Assembly: GCA_964016885.1 (NCBI GenBank)
Contig: OZ024740.1
Coordinates: 295,244,001-295,308,000, forward strand
Direction: 5' to 3'
DNA length: 64,000 nucleotides
From: Eledone cirrhosa
Lineage: Eukaryota
Positions 24,161 through 39,746 of the stretch are shown in pieces (position 1 is the stretch's first letter; the number at the start of each line of letters is the position of its first letter). The notes under the pieces were generated by a model that saw only the letters and a list, made by a program, of their open reading frames with translations, searched no databases and was not told where the DNA came from. The translations under genes and the position numbers were made by a program.

Positions 24161-26719
24161 ATCCATTTTTTATTTCGGTGATCCATTTTCTATTTGGGGG
24201 ATCCATTTTTTATTTCGGTGATCCATTTTTTATTTGGGTTATCCATTTTTTATTTGATGGATCTCCCAAATAAAAAATGGATCACCCAAATAAAAAATGG
24301 ATCACCCAAATAAAAAATGGATCACCCAAATAAAAACTTGATCCTCCAAATAAAAAATGGATCACCCAAATAAAAAATGGATCCCCCAAATAAAAAATGG
24401 ATCCCCCAAATAAAAAATGGATCCCCCAAATAAAAAATGGATCACCCAAATAAAAACTGGATGCCCCAAATAAAAAATGGATCCCCCAAATAAAAAATTG
24501 ATCACCCAAATAAAAAATGGATCGCCCAAATAAAAAATGGATCCAAAAAATTAAAAATGGATCACCCAAATAAAAAATGGATCCCTTTTTTATTTAGCGG
24601 ATCCATTTTTTATTTCGGGGATCCATTTTTTATTTGGCTGATCCATTTTTTATTTGGGTGATCCATTCTTTATTTGGGGGATCCATTTTTTATTTGGGTG
24701 ATCCATTTTTAATTTGGGTGATCCATTTTTTATTTGGGGGATCCATTTTTTATTTGGGTGATCCATTTTTTATTTGGGGGATCCATTTTTTATTTCGGTG
24801 ATCCATTTTTTATTTGGGTGATCCATTTTTTATTTGGGGGATCCATTTTTTATTTGGGTGATCCATTTTTTATTTGGTGGATCCAATTTTTATTTGGGGG
24901 ATCCATTTTTTATTTGGGTGATCCATTTTTTATTTGGGGTATCCATTTTTAATTTGGGTGATCCATTTTTTATTTGGGTGATCCATTTTTTATTTGAGGG
25001 ATACATTTTTTATTTGGGGGATCCATCTTTTATTTGATGGATCTCCCAAATAAAAAATGGATCACCCAAATAAAAAATGGATCACCCAAATTGATGCTGA
25101 AATATTCTGGAAAAAATGACGAAATTTTCTGGAAAAAATGACGAAATTTTCTGGAAAAATTGACGAAATATTCTGGATAAATTGACGAAATATTCGTGAA
25201 AAATGTCGAAATTTTTTGGAAACAATGACGAAATTTTCGGGAAATATTGACGAAATTTTCTGTGAAAAATGCCGAAATTTTCGGGGAAAACGTCGAAATT
25301 TTCGGCAAAAATTGTTGAAATTTTCGGCAGAAATTGTTGAAATTTTCGGCTGAAATTGACGAAATTTTCGGGAAAAAATGACGAAATTTCCGGCAAAAAT
25401 TTACGAAATTTTCATGAAAAAATGATGAAATTTTCTGTAAAAATTGACGAAAGTTTCGGGAAAAAATACTGAACTTTTCTGGAAAAAATGACGAAATTTT
25501 TAGCAAAAATGACGAAATTTTCTGGAAAAATTGACGAAATATCCTGGATAAATTGACGAAATATTCGGCAAAAAATGTCGAAATTTTTTTGAAAAAATGA
25601 CGAAATTATCGGCAAAAAATGATGAAATTTTCGGGAAAAATTGACGAAATTTTCTTTGATAAATGCCGAAATTTTCGGGAAAAAACGTCGAAATTTTCGG
25701 CTGAAACTGACGAAATTTTCGGGAAAAAATGATGAAATTTTTGGCAAAAATTGACTAAATTTTCCGGAAAAAATGACGAAATATTCGGCAAAAAATGACG
25801 AAATTTTCGTGAAAAAATGCCGAAATTTTCCGCAAAAATTGACTAAATTTTCGGGGAAAATTGACGAAATTTTCGGTAAAAAATCAGGAATTTTTAGGCA
25901 AAAATTGACGAAATTTTCGGGAAAAATTGACGAAATTTTCGGGGGAAAATGCCGAAACTTTAGGGAAAAAAATGATAAAATTTTCGGCAAAAATTGACTA
26001 CATTTTCGGGAAAAAATGACGAAAGTTTCGGCAAAAAGTGACGAAATTTTCTTGGAAAAATGCCGAAATTTATCTGGAAAAAACGTCGAAATTTTCGGCA
26101 AAAATTGTTGAAATTTTCGGCTGAAATTGACGAAATTTTCGGGAAAAAATGATGAAATTTTCGGCAAAAATTGACTAAATTTTCCGGAAAAAATCACGAA
26201 ATTTTCGGCAAAAAATGGCGAAATTTTCGTGAAAAAATGCCGAAATTTTCCGCAAAAATTGACTAAATTTTCTGTAAAAATTGACGAAATTTTCGGTAAA
26301 AAATGAGGAATTTTTAGGCAAAAATTGACGAGATTTTCGGGAAAAAATGCCGAAATTTTAGGGGAAAAAATGATGAAATTTTCGGCAAGAATTGACGACA
26401 TTTTCGGAAAAAAATGACGAAAGTTTCGGGAAAAAATGCCTAAATTTTCGGGAAAAAAGGACGAAATTTTCGGTAAAAAGTGACGAAATTTTCGGCAAAA
26501 ATTGACGAAATATTCGGCAGAATTTGACGAAATTTTCTTCAAAAAAATCCGAAATTTTCGGCAAAAATTGACGATATTTTCGGGAAAAAACGCCGAAATT
26601 TTCGAGGAAAAATGAAAAAATTTTCGGCCAAAATGACGAAATTTTCGGGAAAAAACGACGAAATTTTCGTGAAAAAATGCCCAAATGTTCGGAAAAAATG
26701 ACGAAATTTTCGGCAAAAA

Positions 26720-26801
26720 TTAGGAGGTAGAATCTTAGGGGGTAGAACCTTAGGAGGTAAAACCTTAGGAGGTAGAACCAAGGGGTAGAACCTTAGGGGG
26801 A
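26720..26801 (+). repeat. TTAGG cassette copy 11
   Basis: Direct sequence match. Confidence 0.95.
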
Positions 26802-28465
26802 ATCCATTTTTTATTTCGGTGATCCATTTTCTATTTGGGGGATCCATTTTTTATTTGATGGATCTCCCAAATAAAAAATGGATCACCCAAATAAAAAATG
26901 GATCACCCAAATAAAAACTTGATCCTCCAAATAAAAAATGGATCACCCAAATAAAAAATGGATCCCCCAAATAAAAAATGGATCCCCCAAATAAAAAATG
27001 GATCCCCCAAATAAAAAATGGATCACCCAAAAAAAAACTGGATGCCCCAAATAAAAAATGGATCCCCCAAATAAAAAATTGATCACCCAAATAAAAAATG
27101 GATCGCCCAAATAAAAAATGGATCCAAAAAATTAAAAATGGATCACCCAAATAAAAAATGGATCCCTTTTTTATTTAGCGGATCCATTTTTTATTTCGGG
27201 GATCCATTTTTTATTTGGCTGATCCATTTTTTATTTGGGTGATCCATTCTTTATTTGGGGGATCCATTTTTTATTTGGGTGATCCATTTTTAATTTGGGT
27301 GATCCATTTTTTATTTGGGGGATCCATTTTTTATTTGGGTGATCCATTTTTTATTTGGGGGATCCATTTTTTATTTCGGTGATCCATTTTTTATTTGGGT
27401 GATCCATTTTTTATTTGGGGGATCCATTTTTTATTTGGGTGATCCATTTTTTATTTGGTGGATCCAATTTTTATTTGGGGGATCCATTTTTTATTTGGGT
27501 GATCCATTTTTTATTTGGGGTATCCATTTTTAATTTGGGTGATCCATTTTTTATTTGGGTGATCCATTTTTTATTTGAGGGATACATTTTTTATTTGGGG
27601 GATCCATTTTTTATTTGATGGATCTCCCAAATAAAAAATGGATCACCCAAATAAAAAATGGATCACCCAAATTGATGCTGAAATATTCTGGAAAAATTGA
27701 CGAAATTTTCTGGAAAAAATGCCGAAAGTTTAGGGAAAAAAATGATGAAATTTTCGGCAAAAATTGACGACATTTTCGGGAAAGAATGACGAAAGTTTCG
27801 GCAAAAAGTGACGAAATTTTCTGGAAAAAACGTCGAAATTTTCGGCAAAAATTGTTGAAATTTTCGGCTGAAATTGACGAAATTTTCGGGAAAAAATGAT
27901 GAAATTTTCGGCAAAAATTGACTAAATTTTCCGGAAAAAATCACGAAATTTTCGGCAAAAATGACGAAATTTTCGTGAAAAAAGCCGAAATTTTCCGCAA
28001 AAATTGACTAAATTTTCTGTAAAAATTGACGAAATTTTCGGTCAATAATGAGGAATTTTTAGGCAAAAATTGACGAAATTTTCGGGAAAAAATGCCGAAA
28101 TTTTAGGGGAAAAAATAATGAAATTTTCGGCAAAAATTGACGACATTTTCGGGAAAAAATGACGAAAGTTTCGGGAAAAAATGCCTAAATTTTCGGGAAA
28201 AAAGGACGAAATTTTCGGTAAAAAGTGACGAGATTTTCGGCAAAAATTGACGAAATTTTCGGCAGAATTTGACGAAATTTTCTTCAAAAAAATCCGAAAT
28301 TTTCGGCAAAAATTGACGATATTTTCGGGAAAAAACGCCGAAATTTTCGAGGAAAAATGAAAAGATTTTCGGCCAAAATGACGAAATTTTCGGGGAAAAA
28401 CGACGAAATTTTCGTGAAAAAATGCCCAAATGTTCGGCAAAAGATGACGAAATTTTCGGCAAAAA

Positions 28466-28547
28466 TTAGGAGGTAGAATCTTAGGGGGTAGAACCTTAGG
28501 AGGTAAAACCTTAGGAGGTAGAACCAAGGGGTAGAACCTTAGGGGGA
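28466..28547 (+). repeat. TTAGG cassette copy 12
   Basis: Direct sequence match. Confidence 0.95.
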
Positions 28548-31500
28548 ATCCATTTTTTATTTCGGTGATCCATTTTCTATTTGGGGAATCCATTTTTTAT
28601 TTCGGTGATCCATTTTTTATTTGGGTGATCCATTTTTTATTTGATGGATCTCCCAAATAAAAAATGGATCACCCAAATAAAAAATGGATCCCCCAAATAA
28701 AAAATGGATCACCCAAATAAAAAATGGATCACCCAAATAAAAACTTGATCCTCCAAATAAAAAATTGATCACCCAAATAAAAAATGGATCCCCCAAATAA
28801 AAAATGGATCCCCCAAATAAAAAATGGAACCCCCAAATAAAAAATGGATCACCCAAATAAAAACTGGATCCCCCAAATAAAAATTGGATCCCCCAAATAA
28901 AAAATTGATCACCCAAATAAAAAATGGATCGCCCAAATAAAAAATGGATCCAAAAAATTAAAAATGGATCACCCAAATAAAAAATGGATCACCCAAATAA
29001 AAAATGGATACCCCAAATAAAAAATGGATCACCCAAATAAAAACTGGATCCCCCAAATAAAAATTGGATCCCCCAAATAAAAAATTGATCACCCAAATAA
29101 AAAATGGATCGCCCAAATAAAAAATGGATCCAAAAAATTAAAAATGGATCACCCAAATAAAAAATGGATCACCCAAATAAAAAATGGATACCCCAAATAA
29201 AAAATGGATCACCCAAATAAAAAATGGACCCCCAAATAAAAAATGGATCACCCAAATAAAAAATGGATCACCCAAATAAAAAATGGATACCCAAATAAAA
29301 AATGGATCACGCAAATAAAAAATGGATCCCCCAAATAAAAAATGGATCACCCAAATAAAAAATGGATCCCCCAAATAAAAAATGGATCACCCAAATAAAA
29401 AATGGATCCCCCAAATAAAAAATGGATCCCCCAAATAAAAAATGGATCCCCCAAATAAAAAATGGATCACCCAAATTAAAAATGGATCACCCAAATAAAA
29501 AATGGATCGCCCAAATAAAAAATGGATCACCCAAATAAAAAATGGATCACCCAAATAAAAAATGGATCCCCCAAATAAAAAATAGATCCCCCAAATAAAA
29601 AATGGATCCCCCAAATAAAAAATGGATCACCCTAATAAAAAATGGATCACCCAAATAAAAAATGGATCCCCCAAATAAAAAATGGATCACCCTAATAAAA
29701 AATGGATCCCCCCAAATAAAAAATGGATCACCCAAATAAAAAATGGATCCCTTTTTTATTTAGCGGATCCATTTTTTATTTCGGGGATCCATTTTTTATT
29801 TGGCTGATCCATTTTTTATTTGGGTGATCCATTCTTTATTTGGGGGATCCATTTTTTATTTGGGTGATCCATTTTTAATTTGGGTGATCCATTTTTTATT
29901 TGGGGGATCCATTTTTTATTTGGGTGATCCATTTTTTATTTGGGGGATCCATTTTTTATTTCGGTGATCCATTTTTTATTTGGGTGATCCATTTTTTATT
30001 TGGGGGATCCATTTTTTATTTGGGTGATCCATTTTTTATTTGGTGGATCCAATTTTTATTTGGGGGATCCATTTTTTATTTGGGTGATCCATTTTTTATT
30101 TGGGGTATCCATTTTTAATTTGGGTGATCCATTTTTTATTTGGGTGATCCATTTTTTATTTGAGGGATACATTTTTTATTTGGGGGATCCATTTTTTATT
30201 TGATGGATCTCCCAAATAAAAAATGGATCACCCAAATAAAAAATGGATCACCCAAATTGATGCTGAAATATTCTGGAAAAAATGACGAAATTTTCTGGAA
30301 AAAATGACGAAATTTTCTGGAAAAATTGACGAAATATTCTGGATAAATTGACGAAATATTCGTGAAAAATGTCGAAATTTTTTGGAAACAATGACGAAAT
30401 TTTCGGGAAATATTGACGAAATTTTCTGTGAAAAATGCCGAAATTTTCGGGGAAAACGTCGAAATTTTCGGCAAAAATTGTTGAAATTTTCGGCAGAAAT
30501 TGTTGAAATTTTCGGCTGAAACTGACGAAATTTTCGGGAAAAAATGACGAAATTTCCGGCAAAAATTTACGAAATTTTCATGAAAAAATGATGAAATTTT
30601 CTGTAAAAATTGACGAAAGTTTCGGGAAAAAATACTGAAATTTTCTGGAAAAAATGACGAAATATCCTGGATAAATTGACGAAATATTCGGCAAAAAATG
30701 TCGAAATTTTTTTGAAAAAATGACGAAATTATCGGCAAAAAATGATGATATTTTCGGGAAAAATTGACGAAATTTTCTTTGATAAATGCCGAAATTTTCG
30801 GGAAAAAACGTCGAAATTTTCGGCTGAAACTGACGAAATTTTCGGGAAAAAATGATGAAATTTTTGGCAAAAATTGACTAAATTTTCCGGAAAAAATGAC
30901 GAAATATTCGGCAAAAAATGACGAAATTTTCGTGAAAAAATGCCGAAATTTTCCGCAAAAATTGACTAAATTTTCGGGGAAAATTGACGAAATTTTCGGT
31001 AAAAAATCAGGAATTTTTAGGCAAAAATTGACGAAATTTTCGGGAAAAATTGACGAAATTTTCGGGGGAAAATGCCGAAACTTTAGGGAAAAAAATGATA
31101 AAATTTTCGGCAAAAATTGTTGAAATTTTCGGCTGAAATTGACGAAATTTTCGGGAAAAAATGATGAAATTTTCGGCAAAAATTGACTAAATTATCCGGA
31201 AAAAATCACGAAATTTTCGGCAAAAAATGACGAAATTTTCGTGAAAAAATGCCGAAATTTTCCGCAAAAATTGACTAAATTTTCTGTAAAAGTTGACGAA
31301 ATTTTCGGTAAAAAATGAGGAATTTTTAGGCAAAAATTGACGAAATTTTCGGGAAAAAATGCCGAAATTTTAGGGGAAAAAATGATGAAATTTTCGGCAA
31401 GAATTGACGACATTTTCGGAAAAAAATGACGAAAGTTTCGGGAAAAAATGCCTAAATTTTCGGGAAAAAAGGACGAAATTTTCGGTAAAAAGTGACGAAA

Positions 31501-31731
31501 TTTTCGGCAAAAATTGACGAAATTTTCGGCAGAATTTGACGAAATTTTCTTCAAAAAAATCCGAAATTTTCGGCAAAAATTGACGATATTTTCGGGAAAA
31601 AACGCCGAAATTTTCGAGGAAAAATGAAAAAATTTTCGGCCAAAATGACGAAATTTTCGGGAAAAAACGACGAAATTTTCGTGAAAAAATGCCCAAATGT
31701 TCGGAAAAAATGACGAAATTTTCGGCAAAAA

Positions 31732-31813
31732 TTAGGAGGTAGAATCTTAGGGGGTAGAACCTTAGGAGGTAAAACCTTAGGAGGTAGAACCAAGGGGTAG
31801 AACCTTAGGGGGA
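31732..31813 (+). repeat. TTAGG cassette copy 13
   Basis: Direct sequence match. Confidence 0.95.
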
Positions 31814-34800
31814 ATCCATTTTTTATTTCGGTGATCCATTTTCTATTTGGGGGATCCATTTTTTATTTCGGTGATCCATTTTTTATTTGGGTTATCCATT
31901 TTTTATTTGATGGATCTCCCAAATAAAAAATGGATCACCCAAATAAAAAATGGATCACCCAAATAAAAAATGGATCACCCAAATAAAAACTTGATCCTCC
32001 AAATAAAAAATGGATCACCCAAATAAAAAATGGATCCCCCAAATAAAAAATGGATCCCCCAAATAAAAAATGGATCCCCCAAATAAAAAATGGATCACCC
32101 AAATAAAAACTGGATGCCCCAAATAAAAAATGGATCCCCCAAATAAAAAATTGATCACCCAAATAAAAAATGGATCGCCCAAATAAAAAATGGATCCAAA
32201 AAATTAAAAATGGATCACCCAAATAAAAAATGGATCCCTTTTTTATTTAGCGGATCCATTTTTTATTTCGGGGATCCATTTTTTATTTGGCTGATCCATT
32301 TTTTATTTGGGTGATCCATTCTTTATTTGGGGGATCCATTTTTTATTTGGGTGATCCATTTTTAATTTGGGTGATCCATTTTTTATTTGGGGGATCCATT
32401 TTTTATTTGGGTGATCCATTTTTTATTTGGGGGATCCATTTTTTATTTCGGTGATCCATTTTTTATTTGGGTGATCCATTTTTTATTTGGGGGATCCATT
32501 TTTTATTTGGGTGATCCATTTTTTATTTGGTGGATCCAATTTTTATTTGGGGGATCCATTTTTTATTTGGGTGATCCATTTTTTATTTGGGGTATCCATT
32601 TTTAATTTGGGTGATCCATTTTTTATTTGGGTGATCCATTTTTTATTTGAGGGATACATTTTTTATTTGGGGGATCCATTTTTTATTTGATGGATCTCCC
32701 AAATAAAAAATGGATCAACCAAATAAAAAATGGATCACCCAAATTGATGCTGAAATATTCTGGAAAAATTGACGAAATTTTCTGGAAAAAATGCCGAAAG
32801 TTTAGGGAAAAAAATGATGAAATTTTCGGCAAAAATTGACGACATTTTCGGGAAAGAATGACGAAAGTTTCGGCAAAAAGTGACGAAATTTTCTGGAAAA
32901 AACGTCGAAATTTTCGGCAAAAATTGTTGAAATTTTCGGCTGAAATTGACGAAATTTTCGGGAAAAAATGATGAAATTTTCGGCAAAAATTGACTAAATT
33001 TTCCGGAAAAAATCACGAAATTTTCGGCAAAAATGACGAAATTTTCGTGAAAAAATGCCTAAATTTTCCGCAAAAATTGACTAAATTTTCTGTAAAAAAT
33101 TGACGAAATTTTCGGTCAATAATGAGGAATTTTTAGGCAAAAATTGACGAAATTTTCGGGAAAAAATGCCGAAATTTTAGGGGAAAAAATAATGAAATTT
33201 TCGGCAAAAATTGACGACATTTTCGGGAAAAAATGACGAAAGTTTCGGCAAAAATGGATCACCCAAATAAAAAATGGATCACCCAAATAAAAAATGGATA
33301 CCCCAAATAAAAAATAGATCACCCAAATAAAAAATGGACCCCCAAATAAAAAATGGATCACCCAAATAAAAAATGGATCACCCAAATAAAAAATGGATAC
33401 CCAAATAAAAAATGGATCACGCAAATAAAAAATGGATCCCCCAAATAAAAAATGGATCACCCAAATAAAAAATGGATCCACCAAATAAAAAATGGATCAC
33501 ACAAATAAAAAATGGATCCCCCAAATAAAAAATGGATCCCCCAAATAAAAAATGGATCCCCCAAATAAAAAATGGATCACCCAAATTAAAAATGGATTAC
33601 CAAATAAAAAATGGAACGCCCAAATAAAAAATGGATCGCCCAAATAAAAAATGGATCACCCAAATAAAAAATGGATCACCCAAATACAAAATGGATCCCC
33701 CAAATAAAAAATGGATCCCCCAAATAAAAAATGGATCACCCTAATAAAAAATGGATCACCCAAATAAAAAATGGATCCCCCAAATAAAAAATGGATCCCC
33801 CAAATAAAAAATGGATCACCCTAATAAAAAATGGATCCCCCCAAATAAAAAATGGATCACCCAAATAAAAAATGGATCCCTTTTTTATTTGGGGGATCCA
33901 TTTTTTATTTGGGGGAACCATTTTTTATTTGGGTGATCCATTTTTTACTTGGGTGACCCATTTTTTATTTGGGGTATCCATTTTTAATTTGGGTGATCCA
34001 TTTTTTATTTGGGTGATCCATTTTTTTATTTGAGGGATCCATTTTTTATTTGAGGGATACATTTTTTATTTGGGGGATCCATTTTTTATTTGATGGATCT
34101 CCCAAATAAAAAATGGATCACCCAAATAAAAAATGGATCACCCAAATTAATGCTGAAATTTTCTGGAAAAAATGACGAAATTTTCTGGAAAAAATGACGA
34201 AATTTTCAGCAAAAATGACGAAATTTTCTGGAAAAATTGACGAAATATTCTGGATAAATTGACGAAATATTCGTGAAAAAATGTCGAAATTTTTTGGAAA
34301 CAATGACGAAATTGTCGTCAAAAAATGACGAAATTTTCGGGAAATATTGACGAAATTTTCTGTGAAAAATGCCGAAATTTTCGGGAAAAAACGTCGAAAT
34401 TTTCGGCAAAAATTGTTGAATTTTTCGGCTGAAACTGACGAAATTTTCGGGAAAAAATGACGAAATTTTTAGCAAAAATGACGAAATTTTTTGGAAAAAT
34501 TGACGAAATATCCTGGATAAATTGACGAAATATTCGGTAAAAAATGTCGAAATTTTTGGAAAAAATGACGAAATTATCGGCAAAAAATGATGAAATTTTC
34601 GGAAAAAATTGACGAAATTTTCTTTGAAAAATGCCGAAATTTTCGGGAAAAAACGTCGAAATTTTCGCTGAAACTGACGAAATTTTCGGGAAAAAATGAT
34701 GAAATTTTGGGCAAAAATTGACTAAATTTTCCGGAAAAAATCACAAAATTTTCGGCAAAAAATGACGAAATTTTTGTGAAAAAATGCCGAAATTTTCCGC

Positions 34801-35688
34801 AAAAATTGACTAAATTTTCGGGGAAAATTGACGAAATTGTCGGTAAAAAATCAGGAATTTTTAGGCAAAAATTGACGAAATTTTCGGGAAAAATTGACGA
34901 AATTTTCGGGGGAAAATGCCGAAACTTTAGGGGAAAAAATGATAAAATTTTCGGCAAAAATTGACTACATTTTCGGGAACAAATGACGAAAGTTTCGGCA
35001 AAAAGTGACGAAATTTTCTTGGAAAAATGCCGAAATTTATCTGGAAAAAACGTCGAAATTTTCGGCAAAAATTGTTAAAATTTTCGGCTGAAATTGACGA
35101 AATTTTCGGGAAAAAATGATGAAATTTTCGGCAAAAATTGTCTAAATTTTCCGGAAAAAATCACGAAATTTTCGGCAAAAAATGACGAAATTTTCGTGAA
35201 AAAATGCCGATATTTTCCGCAAAAATTGACTAAATTTTCTGTAAAAATTGACGAAATTTTCGGTAAAAAATGAGGAATTTTTAGGCAAAAATTGACGAAA
35301 TTTTCGGGAAAAAAATGCCGCAATTTTAGGGGAAAAAATGATGAAATTTTCGGCAAAAATTGACGACATTTTCGGAAAAAAATGACGAAAGTTTCGGGAA
35401 AAAATGCCTAAATTTTCGGGAAAAAAGGACGAAATTTTCGGTAAAAAGTGACTAAATTTTCGGCAAAAATTGACGAAATTTTCGGCAGAATTTGACGAAA
35501 TTTTCTTCAAAAAAATCCGAAATTTTCGGCAAAAATTGACGATATTTTCGGGAAAAAACGCCGAAATTTTCGAGGAAAAATGAAAAAAATTTCGGCCAAA
35601 ATGACGAAATTTTCGGGGAAAAAACGACGAAATTTTCGTGAAAAAATGCCCAAATGTTCGGAAAAAATGACGAAATTTTCGGCAAAAA

Positions 35689-35770
35689 TTAGGAGGTAGA
35701 ATCTTAGGGGGTAGAACCTTAGGAGGTAAAACCTTAGGAGGTAGAACCAAGGGGTAGAACCTTAGGGGGA
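35689..35770 (+). repeat. TTAGG cassette copy 14
   Basis: Direct sequence match. Confidence 0.95.
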
Positions 35771-38700
35771 ATCCATTTTTTATTTCGGTGATCCATTTTC
35801 TATTTGGGGGATCCATTTTTTATTTCGGTGATCCATTTTTTATTTGGGTTATCCATTTTTTATTTGATGGATCTCCCAAATAAAAAATGGATCACCCAAA
35901 TAAAAAATGGATCACCCAAATAAAAAATGGATCACCCAAATAAAAAATGGATCACCCAAATAAAAACTTGATCCTCCAAATAAAAAATGGATCACCCAAA
36001 TAAAAAATGGATCCCCCAAATAAAAAATGGATCCCCCAAATAAAAAATGGATCCCCCAAATAAAAAATGGATCACCCAAATAAAAACTGGATGCCCCAAA
36101 TAAAAAATGGATCCCCCAAATAAAAAATTGATCACCCAAATAAAAAATGGATCGCCCAAATAAAAAATGGATCCAAAAAATTAAAAATGGATCACCCAAA
36201 TAAAAAATGGATCCCTTTTTTATTTAGCGGATCCATTTTTTATTTCGGGGATCCATTTTTTATTTGGCTGATCCATTTTTTATTTGGGTGATCCATTCTT
36301 TATTTGGGGGATCCATTTTTTATTTGGGTGATCCATTTTTAATTTGGGTGATCCATTTTTTATTTGGGGGATCCATTTTTTATTTGGGTGATCCATTTTT
36401 TATTTGGGGGATCCATTCTTTATTTCGATGATCCATTTTTTATTTGGGTGATCCATTTTTTATTTGGGGGATCCATTTTTTATTTGGGTGATCCATTTTT
36501 TATTTGGTGGATCCAATTTTTATTTGGGGGATCCATTTTTTATTTGGGTGATCCATTTTTTATTTGGGGTATCCATTTTTAATTTGGGTGATCCATTTTT
36601 TATTTGGGTGATCCATTTTTTATTTGAGGGATACATTTTTTATTTGGGGGATCCATTTTTTATTTGATGGATCTCCCAAATAAAAAATGGATCACCCAAA
36701 TAAAAAATGGATCACCCAAATTGATGCTGAAATATTCTGGAAAAATTGACGAAATTTTCTGGAAAAAATGCCGAAAGTTTAGGGAAAAAAATGATGAAAT
36801 TTTCGGCAAAAATTGACGACATTTTCGGGAAAGAATGACGAAAGTTTCGGCAAAAAGTGACGAAATTTTCTGGAAAAAACGTCGAAATTTTCGGCAAAAA
36901 TTGTTGAAATTTTCGGCTGAAATTGACGAAATTTTCGGGAAAAAATGATGAAATTTTCGGCAAAAATTGACTAAATTTTCCGGAAAAAATCACGAAATTT
37001 TCGGCAAAAATGACGAAATTTTCGTGAAAAAATGCCTAAATTTTCCGCAAAATTTGACTAAATTTTCTGTAAAAATTGACGAAATTTTCGGTCAATAATG
37101 AGGAATTTTTAGGCAAAAATTGACGAAATTTTCGGGAAAAAATGCCGAAATTTTAGGGGAAAAAATAATGAAATTTTCGGCAAAAATTGACGACATTTTC
37201 GGGAAAAAATGACGAAAGTTTCGGCAAAAATGGATCACCCAAATAAAAAATGGATCACCCAAATAAAAAATGGATACCCCAAATAAAAAATAGATCACCC
37301 AAATAAAAAATGGACCCCCAAATAAAAAATGGATCACCCAAATAAAAAATGGATCACCCAAATAAAAAATGGATACCCAAATAAAAAATGGATCACGCAA
37401 ATAAAAAATGGATCCCCCAAATAAAAAATGGATCACCCAAATAAAAAATGGATCCACCAAATAAAAAATGGATCACATAAATAAAAAATGGATCCCCCAA
37501 ATAAAAAATGGATCCCCCAAATAAAAAATGGATCCCCCAAATAAAAAATGGATCACCCAAATTAAAAATGGATTACCAAATAAAAAATGGAACGCCCAAA
37601 TAAAAAATGGATCGCCCAAATAAAAAAATGGATCACCCAAATAAAAAATGGATCACCCAAATATAAAATGGATCCCCCAAATAAAAAATGGATCCCCCAA
37701 ATAAAAAATGGATCACCCTAATAAAAAATGGATCACCCAAATAAAAAATGGATCCCCCAAATAAAAAATGGATCCCCCAAATAAAAAATGGATCACCCTA
37801 ATAAAAAATGGATCCCCCCAAATAAAAAATGGATCACCCAAATAAAAAATGGATCCCTTTTTTATTTGGGGGATCCATTTTTTATTTGGGGGAACCATTT
37901 TTTATTTGGGTGATCCATTTTTTACTTGGGTGACCCATTTTTTATTTGGGGTATCCATTTTTAATTTGGGTGATCCATTTTTTATTTGGGTGATCCATTT
38001 TTTTATTTGAGGGATCCATTTTTTATTTGAGGGATACATTTTTTATTTGGGGGATCCATTTTTTATTTGATGGATCTCCCAAATAAAAAATGGATCACCC
38101 AAATAAAAAATGGATCACCCAAATTAATGCTGAAATTTTCTGGAAAAAATGACGAAATTTTCTGGAAAAAATGACGAAATTTTCAGCAAAAATGACGAAA
38201 TTTTCTGGAAAAATTGACGAAATATTCTGGATAAATTGACGAAATATTCGTTAAAAAATGTCGAAATTTTTTGGAAACAATGACGAAATTGTCGTCAAAA
38301 AATGACGAAATTTTCGGGAAATATTGACGAAATTTTCTGTGAAAAATGCCGAAATTTTCGGGAAAAAACGTCGAAATTTTCGGCAAAAATTGTTGAATTT
38401 TTCGGCTGAAACTGACGAAATTTTCGGAAAAAAATGACGAAATTTTTAGCAAAAATGACGAAATTTTTTGGAAAAATTGACGAAATATCCTGGATAAATT
38501 GACGAAATATTCGGTAAAAAAATGTCGAAATTTTTGGAAAAAATGACGAAATTATCGGCAAAAAATGATGAAATTTTCGAAAAAATTGACGAAATTTTCT
38601 TTGAAAAATGCCGAAATTTTCGGGAAAAAACGTCGAAATTTTCGCTGAAACTGACGAAATTTTCGGGAAAAAATGATGAAATTTTGGGCAAAAATTGACT

Positions 38701-39664
38701 AAATTTTCCGGAAAAAATCACAAAATTTTCGGCAAAAAATGACGAAATTTTTGTGAAAAAATGCCGAAATTTTCCGCAAAAATTGACTAAATTTTCGGGG
38801 AAAATTGACGAAATTGTCGGTAAAAAATCAGGAATTTTTAGGCAAAAATTGACGAAATTTTCGGGAAAAATTGACGAAATTTTCGGGGGAAAATGCCGAA
38901 ACTTTAGGGAGAAAAATGATAAAATTTTCGGCAAAAATTGACTACATTTTCGGGAACAAATGACGAAAGTTTCGGCAAAAAGTGACGAAATTTTCTTGGA
39001 AAAATGCCGAAATTTATCTGGAAAAAAACGTCGAAATTTTCGGCAAAAATTGTTGAAATTTTCGGCTGAAATTGACGAAATTTTCGGGAAAAAATGATGA
39101 AATTTTCGGCAAAAATTGTCTAAATTTTCCGGAAAAAATCACGAAATTTTCGGCAAAAAATGACGAAATTTTCGTGAAAAAATGCCGAAATTTTCCGCAA
39201 AAATTGACTAAATTTTCTGTAAAAATTGACGAAATTTTCGGTAAAAAATGAGGAATTTTTAGGCAAAAATTGACGAAATTTTCGGGAAAAAATGCCGAAA
39301 TTTTAGGGGAAAAAATGATGAAATTTTCGGCAAAAATTGACGACATTTTCGGAAAAAAATGACGAAAGTTTCGGGAAAAAATGCCTAAATTTTCGGGAAA
39401 AAAGGACGAAATTTTCGGTAAAAAGTGACTAAATTTTCGGCAAAAATTGACGAAATTTTCGGCAGAATTTGACGAAATTTTCTTCAAAAAAATCCGAAAT
39501 TTTCGGCAAAAATTGACGATATTTTCGGGAAAAAACGCCGAAATTTTCGAGGAAAAATGAAAAAATTTTCGGCCAAAATGACGAAATTTTCGGGAAAAAA
39601 CGACGAAATTTTCGTGAAAAAATGCCCAAATGTTCGGAAAAAATGACGAAATTTTCGGCAAAAA

Positions 39665-39746
39665 TTAGGAGGTAGAATCTTAGGGGGTAGAACCTTAGGA
39701 GGTAAAACCTTAGGAGGTAGAACCAAGGGGTAGAACCTTAGGGGGA
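39665..39746 (+). repeat. TTAGG cassette copy 15
   Basis: Direct sequence match. Confidence 0.95.
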
